DNA from: Sulfolobales archaeon HS-7
Lineage (GTDB): Archaea; Thermoproteota; Thermoprotei_A; Sulfolobales; Sulfolobaceae
Reading direction: 5' to 3'
NCBI GenBank assembly: GCA_019704295.1
Contig: AP024596.1
Span: 288,001 to 352,000, forward strand
DNA length: 64,000 nucleotides
In this document: piece by piece, positions 9,312-20,894 of the stretch
Layout: every line of letters starts with the position of its first letter
How positions within the stretch are numbered: the first letter of the stretch is position 1
The notes under the pieces: generated by a model
What the model saw: only the letters and a program-made list of their open reading frames with translations
What the model was told of the DNA's origin: nothing
The model's database searches: none
Position numbers and translations under genes: made by a program

Positions 9312-10982
9312 ATGATCGGGACTTCGCTTCACAAAGATAAATTAGTTTTTAAAGTATATGCCCCCTATATTAAAAAGCTACAACTAAATTTATTGAATGT
9401 TGGGAAATACGAGGCGGAAAAAGATGACAATGGGAATTTTACAATCTCTGTGGATAATGTGTCTGAAGGCCAAGAGTACAACCTGGTTTTAGATAATAAT
9501 CAAATTACTCCAGATCCTTTATCCAGATATCAACCCTATGGAGTACACGGTAATTCAACAGTAATAAATACGGACTTTGACATACCAGAAATAAATCGAC
9601 TAAGGGTTGAAGACCTAATAATCTATGAAATACACGTGGGGACTTTTTCTAGTAGAGGCGACTTTAGAGGCATAATAGAAAAATTGGACTACCTGAAGGA
9701 CTTAGGAGTTACCGCAATTGAGATAATGCCGATTGCCCAGTTCCCAGGTGAAAGGGATTGGGGTTACGACGGTACTTATCTTTTTGCTGTCCAAAATACA
9801 TATGGCGGTCCTAAAGGCCTTGCTGAGCTTGTTAAAGAAGCACATAAAAGAAATCTAGGAGTAATTTTGGACGTAGTATACAACCACGTCGGGCCTGAAG
9901 GAAACTACCTTATTAAACTAGGACCTTACTTCTCCGAAAAATACCGTACCCCTTGGGGTTTAACCTTTAATTTCGATGATAGAGGGAGTGACGAGGTAAG
10001 GAAGCTAGTAATTGATAATGTCAAGTATTGGTTAGATGTGTTTAAGGTGGACGGACTGAGGCTTGATGCGGTGCACGCTATTTTTGACATGTCCCCTAAA
10101 CATATTCTCCAAGAAATTGCTGAGACCGTTCATAATAGGAACAAGATTGTTATTGCTGAAAGCGACTTAAATGATCCAAAAATAGTTAGAGAGGATTGCG
10201 GTTACGGAATTGATATGCAGTGGGTCGACGACTTCCATCACTCTGTCCACGCGTATGTTACGAAAGAGAGATCAGGTTACTATTCTGATTTTGGGACAAT
10301 TAAAGAGGTAGAGAAGAGTTTCAAGGATGTGTTTGTCTATAACGGAAAATTCTCGAAGTATAGGGGGAAAACACACGGTGCACCAGTAGGTGACCTTCCT
10401 AGGTGTAAATTTACAGTGTACATTCAGAATCACGATCAAGTGGGTAATAGAGGAGATGGTGAAAGGCTCTCTGTACTTGTAGATAAGGAATCTTACCTGA
10501 TTGCCTCCGCGTTATACATTCTTTCCCCTTACATACCAATGCTATTTATGGGTGAAGAGTACTTTGAAGCTAATCCCTTCCTGTTCTTTTCGGACTTTTC
10601 AGACCCACAACTAATTAAAGGAGTTAGAGAAGGAAGGCTCAAAGAAAACGGTCAAACAACTGACCCCCAATCGCCTGAAGCCTTTCAAAAATCAAAATTA
10701 TCATGGAATATTGATAAAGATGTATTACATTTTTATAAGAAACTGATAGAAATAAGAAGAAATTATTTAATTAAATGTAAGAAACCCGATTACGTGGAAT
10801 CGGGAACAGACTGGATAACTATCAAAATACCTAATTTACTTATCATCGCTTCATTCCGTGATAATTCCATAGAAGCCAGAGAAGACGGAAGCCTGCTATT
10901 AGGTATTAATTTTCCGGAAAGGATTCAAACACATGGTCAGATAAAAATTTGTAAAGGAATAGGAGTATATCAAACTGCATGA
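9312..10982 (+). CDS. treZ: Malto-oligosyltrehalose trehalohydrolase (GH13)
   Basis: [23 protein letters not shown] and QNHDQVGN motifs. Confidence 0.95.
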   Translation: MIGTSLHKDKLVFKVYAPYIKKLQLNLLNVGKYEAEKDDNGNFTISVDNVSEGQEYNLVLDNNQITPDPLSRYQPYGVHGNSTVINTDFDIPEINRLRVEDLIIYEIHVGTFSSRGDFRGIIEKLDYLKDLGVTAIEIMPIAQFPGERDWGYDGTYLFAVQNTYGGPKGLAELVKEAHKRNLGVILDVVYNHVGPEGNYLIKLGPYFSEKYRTPWGLTFNFDDRGSDEVRKLVIDNVKYWLDVFKVDGLRLDAVHAIFDMSPKHILQEIAETVHNRNKIVIAESDLNDPKIVREDCGYGIDMQWVDDFHHSVHAYVTKERSGYYSDFGTIKEVEKSFKDVFVYNGKFSKYRGKTHGAPVGDLPRCKFTVYIQNHDQVGNRGDGERLSVLVDKESYLIASALYILSPYIPMLFMGEEYFEANPFLFFSDFSDPQLIKGVREGRLKENGQTTDPQSPEAFQKSKLSWNIDKDVLHFYKKLIEIRRNYLIKCKKPDYVESGTDWITIKIPNLLIIASFRDNSIEAREDGSLLLGINFPERIQTHGQIKICKGIGVYQTA

Positions 10983-13111
10983 GGAATAGAGATAGACCCC
11001 TAAGACCAGGCGAGCCTTACCCAATCGGATCTACATGGATTGAAGAAGAAGACGGCACTAACTTTGTTATTTTCTCAGAAAGTGCAACGAAAGTTGAGCT
11101 ACTATTGTACTCAAACGTAAGACAGGACGAACCGAAGGAGGTAATTGAGGTTACGCAGAGGACCGGTGACCTATGGCACGTATTTGTCCCTGGAATAAGA
11201 CCCAGGCAGCTCTACGCCTATAGAGTTTACGGACCTTATAAACCCGAAGAAGGCCTAAGGTTTAATCCCAATAAGGTGCTGATAGACCCTTACGCTAAGG
11301 CGATTAACGGAACATTGACATGGGACGACGCAGTATTCGGTTATAAGATAGGTGATCAAAACCAAGACCTATCTTTTGACGAACGAAAAGATGATAAATT
11401 TATACCGAAAAGTGTGGTAATAGACCCTTATTTTAACTGGAAAGATCAGCATTTCTTTATGAAGGAAAAAGTACCTTGGAGTGACACAATCATCTATGAA
11501 CTTCACGTTAAGGGGTTTACAAAGCTTAGACGAGACCTCCCTGAGAATATAAGGGGGACATTCCAAGGACTATCCTCTGACACGATGCTCGACTATCTTA
11601 AGGATCTCGGAATAACTACCGTGGAATTAATGCCAATTCAACAATTTGTAGACGAAAGGTTCTTGGTGGAAAAAGGACTTAAAAATTACTGGGGATACAA
11701 CCCTATTAATTACTTCTCTCCAGAATGTCGTTATTCTAGTAGTGGATGCCTAGGCGAACAGGTTTATGAGTTTAAGAAAATGGTAAATAAACTTCATGAG
11801 GCTGGAATTGAGGTTATAATAGACGTAGTTTATAACCATACAGCTGAAGGGAACCACTTAGGGGCAACATTAAGCTTCAAAGGGATAGACAATAGAGCGT
11901 ATTATTTATTAGACACCAAAAATCCTAGGTATTACCTCGATTTCACAGGGACAGGGAACACCCTTAACTTGTCACACCCTAGAGTTCTCCAGATGATCCT
12001 TGATAGTTTAAGGTATTGGGTATTAGACATGCATATAGACGGATTTAGGTTCGACCTAGCCTCAGCATTAGCACGTCAGCTATACAGCGTGAACATGTTA
12101 TCGACATTTTTCGTAGCAATTCAGCAAGACCCAGTCCTATCGCAAGTTAAATTGATCGCAGAGCCTTGGGATGTAGGACCGGGGGGCTATCAAGTAGGTA
12201 ATTTCCCCTATTTATGGGCAGAATGGAACGGAAAGTATAGGGACGATATTAGGAGGTTTTGGAGAGGGGATGCAACACCCTTCGAAGAATTAGCAGACAG
12301 GTTATTAGGATCACCGGACCTTTACGCTGGGAATAATAAGACACCGTTCGCAAGTATAAACTACATTACTTCCCACGATGGGTTTACGTTAACGGACTTA
12401 GTCAGCTATAATCAAAAACATAATGAAGCCAACCTACTCAATAACGAAGATGGGATGAATGAAAACTATAGTTGGAATTGCGGATTTGAGGGCGAAACTC
12501 AAGATCCGAACGTGATGATGTGTAGAGAAAAACAGAAAAGAAATCTTCTGATAACGCTCCTCACGAACCAAGGTATACCGATGATTTTAGGAGGAGACGA
12601 AATAGGAAGAACGCAAAAAGGAAACAATAATGCGTTCTGCCAGGATAACGAGATAAGCTGGTTCGACTGGAATTTAGATGATAGAAAATTAAAATTCCAC
12701 AATTTTGTTAGAGAACTTATATACTTCTATAGAGCACATCCTATATTTAGAAGAGCGAGGTACTTTCAAGGTAGAAAACTTTTCGGACTCCCTATGAAAG
12801 ACGTAACTTGGCTAAAGCCAGACGGAACAGAGGTAGATGAGGCTACATGGAAATCAACTACTAACTTTATTGCTTACATGTTGGAAGGAAGCGCAATGGA
12901 TGAGATAAACAAATATGGAGAGAGAATAGCAGATGATACTTTCTTAATAATACTTAATGGGGGAAATAATATTAAGTTCAAATTCCCCCACGGTAAATGG
13001 GAACTAGTATTACACCCTTACCTAGACGATAGAAAGGAGATAGTTGAAGGAGGGACGGAAAAAGAGATCGATGGAAAAACTGCTTTAATCTACAGAAGAG
13101 TGGAAGCATGA
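10979..13111 (+). CDS. treX: Glycogen debranching enzyme / isoamylase (GH13)
   Basis: NYWGYNP, GFRFDLA, AEPWD, SHDGF and [10 protein letters not shown] motifs. Confidence 0.96.
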   Translation: MRNRDRPLRPGEPYPIGSTWIEEEDGTNFVIFSESATKVELLLYSNVRQDEPKEVIEVTQRTGDLWHVFVPGIRPRQLYAYRVYGPYKPEEGLRFNPNKVLIDPYAKAINGTLTWDDAVFGYKIGDQNQDLSFDERKDDKFIPKSVVIDPYFNWKDQHFFMKEKVPWSDTIIYELHVKGFTKLRRDLPENIRGTFQGLSSDTMLDYLKDLGITTVELMPIQQFVDERFLVEKGLKNYWGYNPINYFSPECRYSSSGCLGEQVYEFKKMVNKLHEAGIEVIIDVVYNHTAEGNHLGATLSFKGIDNRAYYLLDTKNPRYYLDFTGTGNTLNLSHPRVLQMILDSLRYWVLDMHIDGFRFDLASALARQLYSVNMLSTFFVAIQQDPVLSQVKLIAEPWDVGPGGYQVGNFPYLWAEWNGKYRDDIRRFWRGDATPFEELADRLLGSPDLYAGNNKTPFASINYITSHDGFTLTDLVSYNQKHNEANLLNNEDGMNENYSWNCGFEGETQDPNVMMCREKQKRNLLITLLTNQGIPMILGGDEIGRTQKGNNNAFCQDNEISWFDWNLDDRKLKFHNFVRELIYFYRAHPIFRRARYFQGRKLFGLPMKDVTWLKPDGTEVDEATWKSTTNFIAYMLEGSAMDEINKYGERIADDTFLIILNGGNNIKFKFPHGKWELVLHPYLDDRKEIVEGGTEKEIDGKTALIYRRVEA

Positions 13112-15282
13112 AACTTTTATCTACCTACAGAGTTCAGTTGAATAAAGGCTTTAATTTTGATAATTTAATAGAATATCTAGATTATTTCGCAGAACTAGGT
13201 ATCTCACACCTTTACCTATCCCCAGTCTTTCAGGCCAGACCTGGAAGTAATCACGGCTATGATATAACCGATCACTCAAAAATAAACCCAGAACTCGGTG
13301 GGGAAGACAAATATAGAGAGTTAATCAGGAAAGCAAAAGAGAAAGACCTTGGTATAATTCAGGATATAGTACCTAATCATACAGCGGTTCATTCAGATAA
13401 TTGGAGATTAATGGACGTTTTAAAGAACGGCAAGAAAAGCAAATACTACAAGTTCTTTGACTTTTACCAAGAGGAAAATAAAATAAGGTTACCGATACTT
13501 GAGGACAACCTTGATAAGGTAATTTCACGTGATCTTATAAAAATAATAAAAGATAAGGAGGGCAATTACTTCTTAAAATATCATGATTGGAGACTACCAC
13601 TTTCGCGGATAGGATACGACATAAGAGAAACGCTTAGAGACCAGTTTTATGAACTATCGTACTGGAAAGAACCGCCCTCTTACAGAAGATTTTTTGATGT
13701 AAATGAGTTAATAGCAATAAACCAAGAAATTGATTTTGTTTTTGAGGAAACACATAAGAAAATCCTTGAATTCGATATAGACGGATTCAGAATAGACCAT
13801 GTCGATGGTTTATATAATCCGGAAAATTACGTAAAAAAGCTTAAAGAAAAATCTAAGAATAAAATAATTTTAGTAGAAAAAATATTGTCATTTGACGAAA
13901 AATTATTCAACGGACCGGATGGTACTACTGGATATGATTTTCAAAATTTCTCTAATCTATTATACACCTTTAATGAAGAAGAGATGTCAAGAATTTACTA
14001 TGACTTTATAGCTATTGATTCTGGCTATGATATAAATGAAGCGATAAAAGAGACTAAGAAATTTGTCATTGAAGAACTATTCAATTACGAGGTATCACGA
14101 CTTTCCAGGTTATTAGGCGTTAGTATCGAAACATTGAAAAATTACCTGATCTGCTTGCCTTTTTATAGAACATATAATAACGAGGTAAATAAAGAATGCG
14201 ATAAGGGAGAAGAGATATTAAAAGCGGCTAGAGAAAGGCCAGAAATATACGCTAAACTCCAACAGTTCATGCCAGCAGTTTTTGCAAAGTCGTATGAGGA
14301 TACTTTCCTATATAGATATAACAGGCTAATTTCGCTCAATGAGGTCGGTAGTAATTTAGCCTATTATCACTTTGACTGTAATAAATTCCATGAATTTAAT
14401 AGCTCTCGTGTATCAACATTATCGTTAAATACTACAAGCACCCACGACAGTAAATTTAGCGAAGATGTGAGAATGAAAATAAGTGCAATCAGCGAAAAAC
14501 CAGAAGAATGGTGGAAAAAAGTAAAAGAGTGGCACGGGATCTTAAATCCAAAAGTGGATAAAAATACAGAATATAGGTTTTACCAAGTATTGTTAGGTAG
14601 CTATTATGAGGGATTTACAACAGATTATAAAGAACGGTTAACTTCGTATATGATTAAGAGTGTAAGAGAGGCCAAACAACATACATCATGGCTAAAAGTA
14701 AACCAAGAATATGAAAATAAAGTAGTAGAACTTGTTGATGAAACGTTTGATAATGAAGAATTCCGAAAGTCTTTTCTCGAATATGAAACTAAAATCAGGA
14801 AATTAGGTATGATTAAATCTTTATCTCTCGTTGCATTAAAGATGCTATCCCCGGGTGTACCAGACTTTTATCAAGGCACTGAGACATGGAGATATCTATT
14901 AACAGATCCGGATAATAGGAGGAGTGTTGACTTTGATAAATTAAATAGGCTTCTAAAAAATTCTAAAAAATATGACAGCCTAATGTTGAGTAACATGGAG
15001 GATGGGAGAATAAAGGTCTACACTACGTATAAGTTACTTCGTTTGCGGCGATTATATAACGAAACAATAATTAACGGGAGTTACGAACCGCTGAAATTGC
15101 CAAAAGGCCTATGCGGATTTACTAGAGGAGGGAGAATATTAGTTATTGTAAAGACGTTAGGAAGTCTAGGAGAACATACTATGGACGTAGATGGGGGATA
15201 CATTGACATTCTTACTGAAGAGGAGATAACGAACGAAGTAAATGTGACGGACTTGCCCAGAGTCCTAATTAAGGAAAAGTAA
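13108..15282 (+). CDS. treY: Malto-oligosyltrehalose synthase
   Basis: STYRVQ, DIVPNH, YRRFFDVN, RIDHVDG, VEKIL, STHD and DPDNRR motifs. Confidence 0.96.
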   Translation: MKLLSTYRVQLNKGFNFDNLIEYLDYFAELGISHLYLSPVFQARPGSNHGYDITDHSKINPELGGEDKYRELIRKAKEKDLGIIQDIVPNHTAVHSDNWRLMDVLKNGKKSKYYKFFDFYQEENKIRLPILEDNLDKVISRDLIKIIKDKEGNYFLKYHDWRLPLSRIGYDIRETLRDQFYELSYWKEPPSYRRFFDVNELIAINQEIDFVFEETHKKILEFDIDGFRIDHVDGLYNPENYVKKLKEKSKNKIILVEKILSFDEKLFNGPDGTTGYDFQNFSNLLYTFNEEEMSRIYYDFIAIDSGYDINEAIKETKKFVIEELFNYEVSRLSRLLGVSIETLKNYLICLPFYRTYNNEVNKECDKGEEILKAARERPEIYAKLQQFMPAVFAKSYEDTFLYRYNRLISLNEVGSNLAYYHFDCNKFHEFNSSRVSTLSLNTTSTHDSKFSEDVRMKISAISEKPEEWWKKVKEWHGILNPKVDKNTEYRFYQVLLGSYYEGFTTDYKERLTSYMIKSVREAKQHTSWLKVNQEYENKVVELVDETFDNEEFRKSFLEYETKIRKLGMIKSLSLVALKMLSPGVPDFYQGTETWRYLLTDPDNRRSVDFDKLNRLLKNSKKYDSLMLSNMEDGRIKVYTTYKLLRLRRLYNETIINGSYEPLKLPKGLCGFTRGGRILVIVKTLGSLGEHTMDVDGGYIDILTEEEITNEVNVTDLPRVLIKEK

Positions 15283-15518
15283 ATATGCGAAGGACTTGGT
15301 TTTCAAGCGCTGTAGAAAATTTCAGATTCTACATCAAAACAAAAGGGATTGTTAGCTAAATAACTAGATAAACTAAAAAGTTGTAAAAAACGTTTGCCTG
15401 TATAGATCCATTCGATTACGAGAAGAATAATGATATAAAACCAGTTCTTAAGTGTAGTCGCATCTGAACTCAATCTTTCAAAAATTAATTTTAAAAACGA
15501 GATTTTCAGTGTGACTAC

Positions 15519-16713
15519 GGGTGATTCACGTGTCCATTGTGAATTGTGATATTCCTCGCTAAATTAGAATAGTTCAGCATATAATAACCCAGATATATGT
15601 AAAATAGCGAGAGGAATAGGGATGGCTGTAATATTATTGCAGATGTAAGAAAAGATGTTGAAGTGTTATACGTAATGGCAATAGCTCGCGCGATTTGTAA
15701 AATCCTCCAAGGGGAATAAATAGATCGAAACGCCTCCTCTGCACAAGGGAGTTGAAGGACTCCACGAGGTTGTTACCCTTGAGTCACTCCCGTTCCTGTG
15801 GCGAAGAGATATTCGAGTACACTGTACTTGTCAGCTATAGATTTTCCCTCCTCAGCTGAGGAGCCCGTTCAACTCCTCCCTTCCCCCCCCCCTTTTCATT
15901 CTCCGCCTCTAATTGACTATGCATTATTGCCTCCTAACCCTCATGTTAGAAACGCGGATGACTTTGTACAAGGCAGTGAAGTCATTCGCTACGATCAACT
16001 CCACGTTACACTTCCTCCAGAGGCGAACGAGGAAGCTCCAATAGCTTCTCTTGGCCTTTTCCTTAACGAGTACTACGTCAAGTATTGCCCTCCTTTTCTG
16101 GGGAGTTACCCCTGTTGCGATTAGGAACACTCCCTTTTCCCCATGAGTTGACTTGGTGTTTTTCTTATCTACGTATTTGAAGTTGCTCCTTTCGTTCAGG
16201 TTTGGCATCGGAAGCTAGACGTTCAATTTCCCGCCAATGCACGAATATGAGAAGGAACGTGAGAACTGCCTCGCTCTCTCGCTCTAGTTCCTCCTCCACA
16301 CGCGTCTTGACTCTCTTGTCCTCCTTACACAAGACAGGTAGTTTCATGCTTATGCGTAAAATTTTGTAGATCTTTCTCCTGCCCTTCGTCAAGAGCACGA
16401 AGCTCTTAAGAAAGCGGAAACTAGAGTACCTCTTCTCTTAACCTCCTTTCCCCTAGTTGGGACTTATCTCCTCCGCTTCCTCAAGGGCTTTCCTCTTGAA
16501 CTCCTCGACTGATTTTTTAATAATAGATTCTGTGGAAGCATTTGCGGGACGACCTAGAAAATAATACCATATTCGGTTATACTTGGTAATTCAAGTTATT
16601 CCATGGTATTATTTCCGGCTCATCCCTTATTTAGTATTACTGAACCAGCGATGAATTAGTTGATCTCAAACTAATAAAATATAGTGAATTCATAATAAAT
16701 GGGTGAATGGCCC
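15519..16713 (-). mobile_element. Decayed IS256-family (ISC1250-like) insertion sequence, about 1.2 kb, frameshifted transposase
   Basis: Minus-strand fragments SVEEFKRKALEEAEEISP, LIATGVTP, LIVANDFTAL, NNLVESFNSL and QIARAIA; imperfect terminal inverted repeats GGGTGATTCACGTGTCCATTGTGAATT (from 15519) and AATTCATAATAAATGGGTGAATGGCCC (to 16713); TGACTA occurs in both flanks. Confidence 0.7.
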
Positions 16714-16884
16714 ATTTGACTAGGTCACTAATAGTAATTTCGCTTGGCATAATATATTTATAGGGCTATTTTTATAAAAATCTAATGATATATGATAACA
16801 TATAGATTTCTTTAAGATGGCAGATTAGTTTTACTCTTCTATATACAAAATGTTTAATATAAGTATATGTGTTAAAAAAATATA

Positions 16885-17664
16885 ATGGATTTGATATCGT
16901 GCGTAACGGATCTTATTAATATCATTATTGGTGCCTGTATTGCATATAGCGGTACCTATCTTGCATATTACCTCGAGAACAGAAGATTTCCTACATTATC
17001 CTTTGATGGATTAATATTTAATCGTTTTTCTGAATCTATAAGAGTCTTACTTAAAGTTAGAAATAATGATGGGTTCTTTAATGTGACTAACGCAATTTGC
17101 CAGATATCTGTTAAAATATCTCGAAAGGGCAATAATAATGATATATCCAAATATATTGTAGAGTGCCCTAAGAAGAGTGACAACAATAGGAATAAGGCAT
17201 GGATTCCATTGGTAAACACCAGAGATAGATACAGAGAGGTTGAAGGTGAACCGGTTTCCTGGAATGTATGGTTAGATAACAGTGAGGGAATTGAGAACAT
17301 GAGGTTTAAATACCTGGGGTTAGTTCCGTCTAAGGGTTTTAATATGGCGGTACTTATGGATATCTACAAGACCAAAAAAGACGAATATCTCTTGAGGATA
17401 AATAGCGAGTACGGACCCGAGGATAAGCCCAAACTTATTCTAAAGTTGCCGATAAAAGATGAGGAGTTAGATAACATAACAGTTAATATTCAAGTTACCG
17501 GTGATAAAGTTAGGAAGTTTATTGAAGGAAATATAATCGTAAAGCCTGTAGTTAATGATAATCATAAGGATTTCCAGATAGAGTTTAAACACGATCATAA
17601 GAGTGAAATCAAAAACTTTTCAGATCTTTTTAATTCAAATATTGGCGAAATAGATTGTGATTAG
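16885..17664 (+). CDS. Hypothetical protein with N-terminal membrane anchor
   Basis: 259-aa AT-rich ORF with hydrophobic N-terminus LINIIIGACIAYSGTYLAYYL and TTTAATATAA about 25-30 bp upstream; no family recognised. Confidence 0.7.
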   Translation: MDLISCVTDLINIIIGACIAYSGTYLAYYLENRRFPTLSFDGLIFNRFSESIRVLLKVRNNDGFFNVTNAICQISVKISRKGNNNDISKYIVECPKKSDNNRNKAWIPLVNTRDRYREVEGEPVSWNVWLDNSEGIENMRFKYLGLVPSKGFNMAVLMDIYKTKKDEYLLRINSEYGPEDKPKLILKLPIKDEELDNITVNIQVTGDKVRKFIEGNIIVKPVVNDNHKDFQIEFKHDHKSEIKNFSDLFNSNIGEIDCD

Positions 17665-17744
17665 ATTTTATTATATTTTTTATGATTCGGATTTTATCCC
17701 ACTGACTAAACTTTTTACTCTAACATTTTTGCAGAAAGAATGGA

Positions 17745-17993
17745 CAGCTCACACGTTTATTGCGAATTCAGTTTATTTAGAAAAATCAAATGAATTTTAT
17801 TGAATTCGATCGTATGGACTAGTAGGGATTCGCACTTAACAATTTCCTTTATTTAATCAAATCTTTGTCATTACTACAATTCGCAATGGAAACCTGAATC
17901 ACCCGTACTTGGTATATATCTGGATTATTATACACCGAACTATTCTAATTTGACGAAGAATGTTACAATTCGCAATGAACGCGTGAACGGTCC
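17745..17993 (+). repeat. Two tandem orphan IS256-like ends / MITE fragments
   Basis: 17745-17904 aligns with the reverse complement of 20895-21055; 17913-17993 aligns with the reverse complement of 15519-15600; both end in TACAATTCGCAATG-N5-TGAA-N4-CC. Confidence 0.75.
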
Positions 17994-18189
17994 TGGTTTT
18001 AAAGCAAATAATATTTACTGCGAAGAACCAGTTACGCGTGTTGGATATCCACGCTCTATCTACGAGGATAGATATCTTGCTGCACTTCGCTGGAACTTCA
18101 TGGCAGTCTTAAGCTAGCGACGTACTCTTTTTCATCTTGACTTCGTTAAAAAGAGCGTATATGGCCGACTTTTGTTATCTCACGTAAGT

Positions 18190-18564
18190 TTATCCTACGT
18201 GGCTAACGCATTCTACACTATATTTCTCGCAGAGCCTGAGGTCGTCTCTCAGTATTACTCCTTTACCCTTAACGTCCCATATTATAGGGTTGTTCTTCTT
18301 TACAGCCCTGTCGAACTCCTCCTCCGTTAACGGTATTACCTCAAAGCCCGGAGGCAAGTCTAGCTCTAACAGCCTTTCTAATGCATTCCCATGGAACTCC
18401 CCTATCAAGAGGACGTCAACATCACTCCATACGTTAAAGTCCCCTCTCGCGTAAGAACCGATCAGAAAAGCCGAGTACTTTCCCTTCAAAGAGTTAACGT
18501 AAGTCCTTGCCTTTTCAATTACTTCCCTCCTATTTCTTTCTCTTTCTGCAATAATGTCCTCCAA
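18190..18564 (-). CDS. Minimal nucleotidyltransferase (MNT) antitoxin
   Basis: GSYARGDFNVWSDVD polymerase-beta motif; 124 aa; overlaps the HEPN gene. Confidence 0.92.
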   Translation of the reverse strand: MEDIIAERERNRREVIEKARTYVNSLKGKYSAFLIGSYARGDFNVWSDVDVLLIGEFHGNALERLLELDLPPGFEVIPLTEEEFDRAVKKNNPIIWDVKGKGVILRDDLRLCEKYSVECVSHVG

Positions 18565-18935
18565 AGCTCCTCTACGTACTTTATTACCTCTTCGGCATAT
18601 TTAATCGCTTCCTCAGCTTCTCTCCTAGTGTAGTAGTACTGTGGGGCTTCGCTCTGCCATACATCAGGATACCTAGTAGGGATGTAGAGCTTGTCCAGAT
18701 ATTTAGCCATATCAATCAAGTCCTCCGGAGCGTTTAGCAAGGTCAACAAGTTAGAAACCGTATGTCCCGTTCTAGGTTGCCCTATACCATAAAAATATGC
18801 TTTAACAGCCAGCTCCGCAGACTGTTGAGCCTTAAAGCAGGCCCAGTTATAAAACCCTCCCTCAAGGTCATGCTTAGCACTGTCTATGGTGAGTTTTGCA
18901 GACTTAAACCATCGGTCAAACTCGTCGGCGTCCAA
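18519..18935 (-). CDS. HEPN domain protein
   Basis: ACFKAQQSAELAVKA, GH and YIPTRYPD motifs typical of archaeal HEPN proteins. Confidence 0.92.
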   Translation of the reverse strand: MDADEFDRWFKSAKLTIDSAKHDLEGGFYNWACFKAQQSAELAVKAYFYGIGQPRTGHTVSNLLTLLNAPEDLIDMAKYLDKLYIPTRYPDVWQSEAPQYYYTRREAEEAIKYAEEVIKYVEELWRTLLQKEKEIGGK

Positions 18936-19615
18936 TATCGAAAAACTGTATATCAGAAAATTAAAATCCTTTTCTGAGCTTTACATCGTCCTCTTTTATA
19001 GCGTTTAATCTTTAGATCTACTTCCTCTAAATCTGATATATGCGAATTTTCTGAGCTCCTTAACCCCTAAACGGTAGACCCAAAATAGTTTCTCCTTATA
19101 ATATTTAAATAACTATTATTGGGCAAGGAATGAGGAAAATGACCTGTTGTGAGAAGTACGCATTTCCTCGCCTGTAATTCAACTTGATAGTGCAAGTTCT
19201 CCAAGTTTACCCTATCATGATAAATCCCCTTTTCGTCATTTTAAGGAAAGAAAGCGAGTGGGTAAGTGTTGATCCGAATCGCTTCTGCAAGGGACTCCTC
19301 GCAGGAGACAGGTGTTTATATCGATTTCTGCCGCGAGAGATTAAGCGAGGGTATTGGAGGGAAAGCTAGAAAATTCGCTTCGGAGGATCTCGAGAGGCGA
19401 ATAGATGGTAAATCGTGTGAATTACCAGAAGAGGGGTTTTACAGGAAGGATAAACGCACGTAATGCGAGAAAGTTGAGCCGGTTGAGCCACTCTGGGTTG
19501 AGCGAATGTTGCTAAGCTCGTCATAAACAAGTCGTCTCAAGAGAAAACAACAGCCGCGATTTTTATAACTTGAGGATTTACGCTCTATTCCCAATTCAAG
19601 GCGCTATATGCTTCA

Positions 19616-19652
19616 CCTCTAACACGGCTATGGGAAAGGGAAGTCTAGTACT
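19616..19652 (-). repeat. Short copy of an unclassified IS-like 3' end
   Basis: Minus strand VLDFPFP* followed by CCGTGTTAGAGG, matching the ends at 21704-21715 and 40373-40384. Confidence 0.55.
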
Positions 19653-19877
19653 GTATCTAAATCAACGTTTTATTTCTTAACGTTTTTGCTCTTTGCAAAC
19701 ATGCACTTCTTAAGACAGAACCATTGTAAGGCCTCGCTATTCTCATCTCTAACATTACATGTTTTTTGTGGAAGTGTCACCCAAGCGAGTTAAGCCTGGA
19801 AATTCGCTGGGTTCAAGAGGATGGAATCCGCTTCTGAGTAATCTCTCGTCAAGCTATGATAACTTGCGTAGAAAACA

Positions 19878-20152
19878 TTAAAGCAACCGCTCAGGAAATA
19901 GAAGGATGACCAACGACCGGAACTCCTCCTTTTTCACAACGCCCTTGAATACCGTGTACAAGGTGTAGAGGGCCATGATTAACGCGTAGACCAGCTCGCG
20001 GAACTCAAACTTAGTTGAACTAGCGAAGGGGAGACCTTGACCTTCCTATAAAGGGTCTATATGGAACATCTCACTCTGTTGTACGGAATGAACACACTCT
20101 TCCTCTGTCGATTAAGGTTGGTGGCCCTAGCTAAGCGCACAACTTTCCTCTT
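19878..20152 (-). pseudogene. ISH3-family transposase C-terminal remnant
   Basis: Minus strand ARATNLN...YNRVR..I*TLYRKVK, frameshift, then LPFASSTKFEFRELVYALIMALYTLY..KEEFR, resembling Sulfolobales ISH3 transposase ends. Confidence 0.7.
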
Positions 20153-20197
20153 ATTTTTCAGATTATCTGCTTATTATGGGGGTAATTTACGCCTCCT

Positions 20198-20342
20198 TTG
20201 CGAACTCAGTTTATTTCAACCATTGTAACAAATTCAATTCAACTCTACCGCAATCACCGAGTAGGGATTTACTCTCAATAATTTACTCTATTTTATATGT
20301 TTTCTCATAAATTACAATTCGCAATTAATGCGTGAATGGTCC
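20198..20342 (+). repeat. Orphan IS256-like end / MITE fragment
   Basis: TTGCGAACTCAGTTTATTT, AGTAGGGATT and ATTACAATTCGCAAT..GTGAATGGTCC are collinear with 17760-17904. Confidence 0.7.
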
Positions 20343-20396
20343 TACGCTCATTGATATCCGTAAAAGATTTAACTGTCTTCAAATAGAATCTCAACT

Positions 20397-20750
20397 ATGA
20401 GCATTCCTCTAACTCCCTCGGAGATAAAAAAATCAATAGCAATGCGCCTACATAAATATATAAAGGAGATCTTTGTAACAGCACCAGAAGAAATAATAAT
20501 TAATAATTTTAGGGAAACTGAATTACTTGATACTCCCTTTGAAAGAGGAATTGAAGGATTAAGTTTTGATGGTGAAATATTATTTCCGTTAATAAACGGT
20601 AAAAATATTAAATTAAGAGTGGCTATCACTGGATTCATAAGCGATAAGGTGATTCGACTAGGATTTTCAAACTTTGGAGTAGATTTTGTGCTAAATGAAA
20701 AAGGAGATGTAAGTGAGATTTATCCCGAAGGCGAGTATGGAGATATTTGA
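20397..20750 (+). CDS. Hypothetical protein
   Basis: 117-aa AT-rich ORF between two repeat copies; no family recognised. Confidence 0.6.
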   Translation: MSIPLTPSEIKKSIAMRLHKYIKEIFVTAPEEIIINNFRETELLDTPFERGIEGLSFDGEILFPLINGKNIKLRVAITGFISDKVIRLGFSNFGVDFVLNEKGDVSEIYPEGEYGDI

Positions 20751-20894
20751 ATTGAATATTTAAATCTCAGACATTGTTTATATATTTTCTGAATTCTTTA
20801 CGGCAAATACATCTGCTTTCGACTATATTCAGTGTTTGAGATTATTACAATTGGTATAAGTTTGGGGAAATTGGAGTGTTGAGAAGGGAACTGA

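Noticed and set aside
19140-19560. Short ORFs 19184-19369 and 19266-19463
   Set aside because: No recognisable motifs; probably degraded mobile DNA that I cannot assign
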